IMG/VR virus record: IMGVR_UViG_3300017553_000155
Coordinates: 1 to 45,337 of that record
Reading direction: 5' to 3' (one strand)
Length of the DNA: 45,337 nt
Source of the DNA: a virus
Taxonomy: Duplodnaviria; Caudoviricetes
Shown: piece by piece, positions 1 to 7,081 of the stretch
Layout: every line of letters begins with the position of its first letter
Position numbering within the stretch: the stretch's first letter is position 1
Position numbers and translations under genes: made by a program
The notes under the pieces: generated by a model
What the model saw: the letters and a program-made list of their open reading frames with translations, nothing else
Told to the model about the DNA's origin: nothing
Databases searched by the model: none

Positions 1-1404
1 CGGCTGGCTGTTGAGCCGGTTGCGGGCCTCGCGTTGTGAGGCCTGCAAATCAATGATTGGTTTGGGATAGGTACTGCCCAACGCAATTCCAGCACTGGCC
101 AGCACATCGCTGGGTGCCTCAAATGGCTTGTGCAGCCATTTGTTCGACAGGCCGGATAGCTCTGGCACCCAATGCCGGACATATCGTCCCTCGGCATCGA
201 ATTTTTCACCCTGCAGAATTGGGTTGAAGACCCGGAAATAGGGCGCAGCGTCCATGCCGCAGCCCGCCACCCATTGCCAGCTACCCGGATTGCTGGCGAC
301 ATCACCATCCACGAGCGTATCCCAGAACCACTCTTCGCCTTTCCGCCAGTCGATGAGCAGATTCTTGGTGAGAAAAGATGCCACGAGCATTCGCACGCGA
401 TTGTGCATCCATCCGGTGGCCCAAAGCTGACGCATACCGGCATCGATGATGGGAAAGCCTGTCTGTCCGCGTCGCCACGCTTCGAATGCAGCCGGATCAT
501 CACGCCATGCGACGCCGGAGAGGGCGTCACGCATATCGTATCGGCTGATGTCTCTGCGGTGATAGAGTTGGTGATAGTTAAAATCGCGCCAGATCAGCTC
601 GGACAGAAACTTTTCACCGCCAGCACGTGCCGAGTGATGCTCGTCCATAAACGCCAGTGTGGCATACCACGCCTGACGCGCGCTGATTTCACCGAACCGC
701 AAATGAGGTGAAAGTCTTGAAGTTCCGTCGATACCGGGAACATCACGATCCTCGGTATAGGTCGACAGCGTGTTCTCCAGAAAACGTGTCAGGCAGTCGC
801 GCGCCGCGTCTTCTCCAATACTCCAAAGCCCATCGAACTTTTTTGCCCAGGAAGGAACGTTGGGCGAATAGCAGGTTTCCTGTGTTGGTTTAACGTTCCA
901 TTGCCTGCGCGAAAGCGGGCGGGGAATGTGATGGTGGCGCAACGCTTTGGCGAAAGGGGTGAAGACCTGATAGGGCGTATCGCTGGCCGTCTTGAGCTCC
1001 CAGGGTTCGAGAAGAAGGTTACCAGGAAATGAGGTTACACCGGTTCCGCTCTCCTTGAGTTGTGCTTTCAGTGTTGTATCGAGTTCACGCTCCGCCGGTG
1101 CGTAGCGACGGTTCCAGAACAGTTCGGTTATGGCCAATTTTGCAATCAGGTGAGGAAGGATATTCCTCGGATCACCGGTCTCGATGAGAAGTGCAATACC
1201 ACGATCAGCGAGCTGCTTTCCTATCGCTTTCAGGCTCTGATCGAGCCACCACCGCGCGGCACCGCCTGGCGCGCGAATCTCGGCAAGAGTCTCATGAACA
1301 TAAACCGCTGTGATATGCCCGCTTGTTTCGGCGGCTGCATCCAGTGCGGGATTGTCGTTGATTCGAAGATCGTTACGCAGCCAGACAAGCGCGTGATGCT
1401 TCAT
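1..1404 (-). CDS. phrB: Host deoxyribodipyrimidine photolyase (3' end runs off the window)
   Basis: Not in the ORF track because it is open at the edge. ATG at 1404 gives MKHHALVWLRNDLRINDNPAL, with the signature GTSRLSPHLRFGEIS near 680-725. Confidence 0.9.
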   Translation of the reverse strand, partial: MKHHALVWLRNDLRINDNPALDAAAETSGHITAVYVHETLAEIRAPGGAARWWLDQSLKAIGKQLADRGIALLIETGDPRNILPHLIAKLAITELFWNRRYAPAERELDTTLKAQLKESGTGVTSFPGNLLLEPWELKTASDTPYQVFTPFAKALRHHHIPRPLSRRQWNVKPTQETCYSPNVPSWAKKFDGLWSIGEDAARDCLTRFLENTLSTYTEDRDVPGIDGTSRLSPHLRFGEISARQAWYATLAFMDEHHSARAGGEKFLSELIWRDFNYHQLYHRRDISRYDMRDALSGVAWRDDPAAFEAWRRGQTGFPIIDAGMRQLWATGWMHNRVRMLVASFLTKNLLIDWRKGEEWFWDTLVDGDVASNPGSWQWVAGCGMDAAPYFRVFNPILQGEKFDAEGRYVRHWVPELSGLSNKWLHKPFEAPSDVLASAGIALGSTYPKPIIDLQASQREARNRLNSQP

Positions 1405-1565
1405 GAGAAAAATTCCACTGCAGAAATGTGATGCCGATATGTCGAGCCACATATAGCGGAGAGAGCAAAAACGTCACGCGGTCGCGATCAGTCAGTTCGG
1501 AAAATATGCAAAGCAATGTGTAAGCATGTCCGGCTTGCGCCGAAGCAAATCATTGAATTGTCTTG

Positions 1566-1620
1566 AGAAAAATGGCGCACCCGAAAGGATTCGAACCTCT
1601 GACCCCCAGATTCGTAGTCT
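1566..1620. repeat. Left attachment site (duplicated 3' part of tRNA-Arg)
   Basis: AGAAAAATGGCGCACCCGAAAGGATTCGAACCTCTGACCCCCAGATTCGTAGTCT, identical to 45215-45269. Confidence 0.97.
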
Positions 1621-1648
1621 AGGCTATCTATCTGATTGTAAAGACTGT

Positions 1649-1675
1649 CGTTCTGTCATCGCGGGAAACGTTCTG
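1649..1675. promoter_or_regulatory. Putative integrase arm-type sites (CGTTCTG x2)
   Basis: CGTTCTG at 1649 and 1669 is the inverse of the CAGAACG repeats beside the right att. Confidence 0.55.
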
Positions 1676-1701
1676 AGAAAACAATGGGCGTATTTTTGAC
1701 C

Positions 1702-1974
1702 TCAAGGGATATGGAATCCGCCTCGTAATGCAAAGCCAATGACGGCCATTATCAAGCCACCAATGACAAGGCGCAATAGCCACGTCGTGTTAGACATGAT
1801 GGCCGTCATCTTCTCGTTCATGTTCTCAACTTTGACCTGCATTTTCGCGTCTTGAACATCATTATCCTGACGCCATTTTTCAAATTCTGTGATGCGTTGA
1901 TGCATGTTCGTGTGTCCATGTTCCAATGAAACAACGCGCGAACGAAGGTCTTGTTCATAATCAATCGGCGTCAT
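1702..1974 (-). CDS. Hemolysin XhlA-like protein / putative holin
   Basis: Coiled coil followed by a C-terminal TM segment (NTTWLLRLVIGGLIMAVIGF); last gene of the lysis cassette. Confidence 0.65.
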   Translation of the reverse strand: MTPIDYEQDLRSRVVSLEHGHTNMHQRITEFEKWRQDNDVQDAKMQVKVENMNEKMTAIMSNTTWLLRLVIGGLIMAVIGFALRGGFHIP

Positions 1975-2177
1975 TTCCAGCACCCCGCCTTAATTCCAAA
2001 GCGGTTTTGAGCCGCAACCTGATTTGCAAATGGTCGGTCAGTCGTCAGGATATGCACTGACGTTTCCAGACTTGGCTGAAGCTTCTCGAACCCGGCGCAT
2101 ACATTCGGGGAGTTCTTCGTCTGACAGCCCGTAATCAACGCAAAGGCTGGCAGCATCCACAACAGAGACTTCCGCAT
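1971..2177 (-). CDS. o-spanin (Rz1-like lipoprotein)
   Basis: MRKSLLWMLPAFALITGC lipobox; overlaps the 3' half of the i-spanin in another frame. Confidence 0.8.
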   Translation of the reverse strand: MRKSLLWMLPAFALITGCQTKNSPNVCAGFEKLQPSLETSVHILTTDRPFANQVAAQNRFGIKAGCWK

Positions 2178-2343
2178 TAATCCGCCCCTTATCCTGATAA
2201 TGTTTGACGGTGACGGCCAGCGCATCAATCGACGCTTCTTTCTTGCCGTCTCGAACCCCCAGACCATGAGCTATGAAACCAGACAGAACAGCGACGACGA
2301 TAACGCCAGCGCCGATCTTGATATAATCGAAAAGGCCGAACAT
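2038..2343 (-). CDS. i-spanin (Rz-like)
   Basis: Starts MFGLFDYIKIGAG with a TAATG overlap to the endolysin; N-terminal TM, periplasmic tail with two Cys. Confidence 0.75.
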   Translation of the reverse strand: MFGLFDYIKIGAGVIVVAVLSGFIAHGLGVRDGKKEASIDALAVTVKHYQDKGRINAEVSVVDAASLCVDYGLSDEELPECMRRVREASAKSGNVSAYPDD

Positions 2344-3158
2344 TAAGCCGCCACCCTCTGGGTTTGAATGAATGACCAAAGGCCCACGCCGATTCCTGCG
2401 AGAAGACCGATAGCGAGAACCCACTGAATGGGGCCGGTGCCGGTGGCGAGAGCAGTTGCCCCAGAAATTAGGCCAGTGAGCGGCCCCCATGCTTCAGGCT
2501 TTTTCAGGTTCTCGACAAGGGAAACGTCTTTCGGATTCGCTTTTGGCGCGCCTGCCGGGGCTTCAACGTCAGTGGGGGTGATGGTGGCCTTGCGTGACAT
2601 GGCGATAGCATTGCCGACAACGCCCGGAGTGCTTTTCCATTGGCCTTTAGGATCGACACCAGTCACGCGGATCGTCCAGCCTCGACCGTTTGCAGAGAAG
2701 CCCGTTGGCCCACCGAGAGAGCGAAGGTATTTCATGCGGCGATCACAGTAATCGCGGATCAGCTTTTCGACGCCACCCGCATACGAGCGCACAGCATTGA
2801 CAGTCTGCATGCCGACAACGCCATCCTGTGAAACGCCGATGACTTCCTGCAAAATGCGTATGGCGCGTGCTGGTCCACTGTTTACGCCGAAATCAAACGC
2901 TGCATAATCGAGTCCTGACGGTAGAAGATCACCACCAGATTGAAGCCAATACGAGCGACGGTAAATTTCCTCGGCTTCCTGAATGGTCATAGCCTTGACC
3001 TGTTCAGCCGTGACTGACTTCACGCCACGATAAGCGGCAAGTGTGCGATGTGTGATGCCGAATTTCGTGGGGCCACCGCTGTCAGTCGAGCGGTTCGCAT
3101 ATCCGCCTTCGTCGCCGAACAAAAGCTTGAGGGATGGTTCTAAATTCTGGCGAGCCAT
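2343..3158 (-). CDS. Endolysin, glycoside hydrolase family 108, with PG-binding region and C-terminal hydrophobic helices
   Basis: EGGYAN...DSGGPTKFGIT and FDFGVNSGP motifs; AGGAG RBS before ATG 3158. Confidence 0.88.
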   Translation of the reverse strand: MARQNLEPSLKLLFGDEGGYANRSTDSGGPTKFGITHRTLAAYRGVKSVTAEQVKAMTIQEAEEIYRRSYWLQSGGDLLPSGLDYAAFDFGVNSGPARAIRILQEVIGVSQDGVVGMQTVNAVRSYAGGVEKLIRDYCDRRMKYLRSLGGPTGFSANGRGWTIRVTGVDPKGQWKSTPGVVGNAIAMSRKATITPTDVEAPAGAPKANPKDVSLVENLKKPEAWGPLTGLISGATALATGTGPIQWVLAIGLLAGIGVGLWSFIQTQRVAA

Positions 3159-3190
3159 ATTGCACGCTCCTGAGTTCTTCCGTTGTTCGG

Positions 3191-3225
3191 AAAATCTCAG
3201 GATCGGGCAGGCAGTGCAAAGCACA
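3191..3225 (-). promoter_or_regulatory. Putative late promoter for lysis genes (TGTGCTTTGC box)
   Basis: TGTGCT-TTGCAC-N17-GATTTT upstream of the endolysin. Confidence 0.65.
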
Positions 3226-3311
3226 CAATTCGATCACCCGCTGCCGGGGTTTTTCTTATAGAGACAACACATTATCAAGTATGCGTCGGCTTAGAAAGCT
3301 GCCGATTTTTT

Positions 3312-3707
3312 TCAGCTGGCTATTTTAAGTATTTTTTCCTTAAGCATCGATGTGGAGATACTAGGTGTTCTTGGCAGGTAAAGAACATTGCAATAATCTC
3401 GCAAAAAATCAAATTTTCCTTCCCAATCGTCGCCAATAACAAACGTATCGATACCGTACTTTTTAACATCAGTATGTTTTTGTTCCCAGTTTTCTTCGGG
3501 GAAAACGAAATTCACATATCTAAGAGATTCCAAAACAATCTTTCTATTCTCATAATCGAGAACAGATTTTTTGTTTTTGATCATGTTGAAAGAGTCGCTA
3601 GATAATCCGACATATAGCTCATCCCCCAGTCCTCGCGCACGACGCAGCATATTGATGTGGCCGATATGCATTATGTCAAAAGTACCGTAAGTAACGATTC
3701 TCTTCAT
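3312..3707 (-). CDS. tagD: Glycerol-3-phosphate cytidylyltransferase (CDP-glycerol synthase)
   Basis: YGTFDIMHIGH (HIGH motif), GDDWEGKFDFL and RTPSISTS; GGAG RBS. Confidence 0.9.
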   Translation of the reverse strand: MKRIVTYGTFDIMHIGHINMLRRARGLGDELYVGLSSDSFNMIKNKKSVLDYENRKIVLESLRYVNFVFPEENWEQKHTDVKKYGIDTFVIGDDWEGKFDFLRDYCNVLYLPRTPSISTSMLKEKILKIAS

Positions 3708-3708
3708 C

Positions 3709-6603
3709 TCAACAATCTCCAATCAGGCTGTGCACGCGGTTAACTAGACGCGCTGAGCTGCCATCGTCATTGTACTCAAAAAACAGAGCCCTCTTCCATT
3801 CAAATGCCGGGTCAATGTTTTTGAATTCGTTACCTACAGCGCGTTCGAGCGACGCAATGACGTCAGAGAATTTTCTACAGATATCACCCGGGAAGCAGAA
3901 ATCTAAATCATAAAACATTCCGCGCTCCAGATTTTGGTAGCTATCAAGGTCATAAGCGAAACTAATCTGATGCTTTCCAGTCATAATATAATCGACGAAG
4001 CAGCTCGAGTAATCAGTTACCATTGCGTCGGATACGCGAAATAATGTCTCTATGTTGGGATAGAAGAGCGATGATACATCTATAACATGTTCGCCAGAAA
4101 GCTGCTTTTTATAGGTTTTATGCTTGTCCGCCATATGCTCGCGGACACCGAGTACCGCATTGTTCTTCGCAAGCCAAACTCGCAATGCAGAAAGTTCATC
4201 ATCGCTAAATTGGTAACCCGAACCATTTACCCCATTCCTGAATGTAGGGCAAAACAGAATAAACTTTCGGTCTCCAATAATTTTTCTAAGCTTTAATTCT
4301 TCGGCTTTGAGGTCGTCGGGCAGAAGATCAAATTCGCGAACAATAAAATCATTTCGCGGCAATCCCGTCATCCACACATCATGGTAGCTTAACGGATAGA
4401 ACCCAGCTGTCATCGCCAAAGTGTCAACCTTTGAAGAGCTGATCACCGCTCTCGAGCGTCGCTGTTCCTCCGCAATACCCGCTAGTTTAGAGATGTGATC
4501 AAGAGAGGCGTATCCAATCCGTTTAAGCGGAATTCCATGCCAAAGATTGATAAAATGATGATGATCTGCATTCAAAGGATATGTGACATTTTCTGCGACT
4601 GAATGCTTTATAAAAACAACCTTAGACTTTAAAAGGAAGTCTTGACCTTCGCGGCTTTTTAGTGGCACAATTTCGATGTTCTCGCCTGGAATATCGACAT
4701 GCTTGCTACGCGTGAGAATAATCTTCTTTATACTCGGATTGTATCGAATTTCTTCAAAGACAGCTCTTTCGTTCCCAGAAAACGTATGATCGTAAGCGCA
4801 AACTGGGAAGGCCCACCAATGATCATACTTGGCGGTTTTTTCGTCAAGTGATGCTATTTCTGGATTTGAATACAGTTGAGGGTAGACGGGATTATAGTTC
4901 GCATCTCGATAAACGCGAAAGTTATTGTAAATCTTTTCATGGTTCGAAACACGATAGAGATTTTTTTCGATTGCGGTCAAATCTGCGCTAGGAATTAAGG
5001 ATTGAACCTTTTCTTTCCAATCTCCCAACCCGGAAACAAAATAGTGGTTTTCAGCTAGAAGGAACCGCTTGAATAAAGGGAAGCCCTTTTCGATAAGCGT
5101 AAAGATAGATTCCGTATAGATGGGATGAAAAGGATACAGCTCATCAATGAAAGTATGGAACTGATATCCACGATGAATTAAGTGTCGTGTAAAACCATTT
5201 TCATACTTTTTTATTATAAGAGCCTTATTTTTTTGCTTAACGACGGAGTTCAACATCGATCTAAAAGTTTCGTCATTAAGGACGGCTTTTCGATAAACGA
5301 CGAAATACGAGCCTAAATGAAAATTGTAAAAGTAATCATTCTCGAATGAATCGAGGTAGTTTTCTTTAATGGCTTCGAGCGATATTGGCTTTTTGAAACG
5401 TTTCTGGTCCTCGTCCCGTGTAACGGACAATCCCTTGGTCGCCTGCATCCCCCACCAATCGGTGGTTAAACCATCCATCTTGGCAAACACATCATCTAGC
5501 GGCCTAAGAAGATAACAACTGTCATTGGCGAGAATAAGCTCATCGTATTGCCCAAGCACATCCCATCCCACCAACTCGCGGGCTAAACGTGCATATGATC
5601 CGAAGTCATATTCACCGTGACGAATGCACCACGCTTCCTTCACAAGTCCTTTAAGCTTGTCCATTTCTCCGGGCTGCATATCGCAATCGGCCAAATAGAA
5701 AATGTCGGCAAATTTAGATAACTCCCTAAGATAATCAAGAACGTAATCATCAACAATGCCATGCGCATCGTACGCTGCGAAAAGACATGCTCTTCTAATT
5801 TTTTGTCCCGACGTATAGCTGATCGCGTCGGACCTCAAACAAATTGGAGATATATTCTCCGTCTTATAGCCTCGATCTTCGCCTATTGTTGCAAAATGCA
5901 ACAGGGGATCTATCGAATCGGCTTCAACGTTGAGGTAATTGCTCCAGTACCACCAAACGTCGAAGTTAGGATTTGGTCGCCGCAGTTCCCACCATCCACT
6001 CGTACAGTAATGCACCAGTGGATCAGATCCACTGCGAGCCACGTCAGGGTTTTTCTCCAGATAGAATTCCCTATCAAAATACTTATGAATCGCCGCCATA
6101 TGAAGCTCTAGAGGTAGATCACCCGTCGGGAGAATTGGAAACTCTCCACACTCGGCAACCAAAGTATCGATCAATTGTGCGAATTCATTTTCGCCGTCGG
6201 CGGCGTGTAGCGAAACAAAATAATCGCGAAATGCTTGTACGTGATCAACCGATCTCGACGGTGAAAAATTAGCATACTTGTTAAAATATGCCGTAGAAGC
6301 CCGCATATCGGAAGGTCGCAAACTTCTCCCCTCTCGCCATCCATCGCGTAAATAATGGTAAAATGGGTTCATGCCGGAGGCTGCTACGTCTGGATTCGAC
6401 TCAAGATAGTCTTTGGTGGAGAACCAAGGAGCAGGATCTCGCCCTTCCTTCCACCCATGAAACGAATAGTGGATAAAGGCGTTAAGCTTTGCGCTCGCGA
6501 CGTCAACGTTTGTCAAATAATAAAATTTGCTATCCATATGGCGCCACGTAACACCATACTTCAGTATGCCTTTGATTTTTTGCAGTTTTCTTCTGATAGA
6601 CAT
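3709..6603 (-). CDS. Multidomain glycopolymer enzyme: N-terminal YL..NPDV repeats + RgpF (rhamnan synthesis F)-like domain + TagF-like CDP-glycerol glycerophosphotransferase
   Basis: RgpF-like LFAAYD...YDFGSY...LILANDS...HLGSYF..., TagF-like NLWHGIPLKRIG, TGLPRND, FCPTFR, VTDYSS. Confidence 0.8.
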   Translation of the reverse strand: MSIRRKLQKIKGILKYGVTWRHMDSKFYYLTNVDVASAKLNAFIHYSFHGWKEGRDPAPWFSTKDYLESNPDVAASGMNPFYHYLRDGWREGRSLRPSDMRASTAYFNKYANFSPSRSVDHVQAFRDYFVSLHAADGENEFAQLIDTLVAECGEFPILPTGDLPLELHMAAIHKYFDREFYLEKNPDVARSGSDPLVHYCTSGWWELRRPNPNFDVWWYWSNYLNVEADSIDPLLHFATIGEDRGYKTENISPICLRSDAISYTSGQKIRRACLFAAYDAHGIVDDYVLDYLRELSKFADIFYLADCDMQPGEMDKLKGLVKEAWCIRHGEYDFGSYARLARELVGWDVLGQYDELILANDSCYLLRPLDDVFAKMDGLTTDWWGMQATKGLSVTRDEDQKRFKKPISLEAIKENYLDSFENDYFYNFHLGSYFVVYRKAVLNDETFRSMLNSVVKQKNKALIIKKYENGFTRHLIHRGYQFHTFIDELYPFHPIYTESIFTLIEKGFPLFKRFLLAENHYFVSGLGDWKEKVQSLIPSADLTAIEKNLYRVSNHEKIYNNFRVYRDANYNPVYPQLYSNPEIASLDEKTAKYDHWWAFPVCAYDHTFSGNERAVFEEIRYNPSIKKIILTRSKHVDIPGENIEIVPLKSREGQDFLLKSKVVFIKHSVAENVTYPLNADHHHFINLWHGIPLKRIGYASLDHISKLAGIAEEQRRSRAVISSSKVDTLAMTAGFYPLSYHDVWMTGLPRNDFIVREFDLLPDDLKAEELKLRKIIGDRKFILFCPTFRNGVNGSGYQFSDDELSALRVWLAKNNAVLGVREHMADKHKTYKKQLSGEHVIDVSSLFYPNIETLFRVSDAMVTDYSSCFVDYIMTGKHQISFAYDLDSYQNLERGMFYDLDFCFPGDICRKFSDVIASLERAVGNEFKNIDPAFEWKRALFFEYNDDGSSARLVNRVHSLIGDC

Positions 6604-6643
6604 GGCGGAATGCAGCGACCTATAAATGGTGATGATTTCGCTC

Positions 6644-6672
6644 GTGATACAGATTCACGCTCCAATTATCAA
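6644..6672 (-). promoter_or_regulatory. Candidate sigma70 promoter for the RgpF-TagF/tagD cassette
   Basis: TTGATA-N17-TATCAC about 40 bp before ATG 6603; the spacer contains a GANTC; no late box. Confidence 0.4.
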
Positions 6673-6823
6673 CCATTTGTGTCTGTTTTGTAAATTTGTT
6701 ATGTCCGATATGTGACATCATGATAGAAGAATACCATCATGGCAGCACTTGTCAATTTGTGGTGAGAATATCGCGCAATTCGAATCCATTGCCATAACGT
6801 GCGTAATTGATTGTGGGATTATA

Positions 6824-7075
6824 ATGCAGAGAGACACTTTCACGCGCCATGAAGTAGCCGCTTTACTGGCAAGTCAAACCGCTATCATCGCTGTGCTGGT
6901 TGATGAGTTAGTCGCTCCTGGCGATAAAGACCGGATGCGACTTGTCAACAAGCTTTATGATTTGGCTATGTTGGCCGACTCCGATCCGGAATACGCGTCC
7001 GGTCCGATCAATCATTTGATATCCATTGTAGAAGACGGGCCATGGGTCCCGGAGGCCTTGGATTCTAAATCCTGA
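6824..7075 (+). CDS. Hypothetical protein (83 aa), opposite to the late operon
   Basis: ORF MQRDTFTRHEV... between the cassette and the tail spike; start uncertain. Confidence 0.55.
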   Translation: MQRDTFTRHEVAALLASQTAIIAVLVDELVAPGDKDRMRLVNKLYDLAMLADSDPEYASGPINHLISIVEDGPWVPEALDSKS

Positions 7076-7081
7076 TATCCT

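Noticed and set aside
172-1431. Plus-strand ORFs 172-711, 708-893 and 1060-1431
   Set aside because: Antisense shadows of the photolyase gene.
1573-1620. Second tRNA gene
   Set aside because: Only the 3' part is present; it is the att duplication.
3312-6603. Cassette as a DNA hypermodification system
   Set aside because: No base hydroxymethylase, kinase or DNA-transferase partner is visible, and both domains are cell-surface polymer families.
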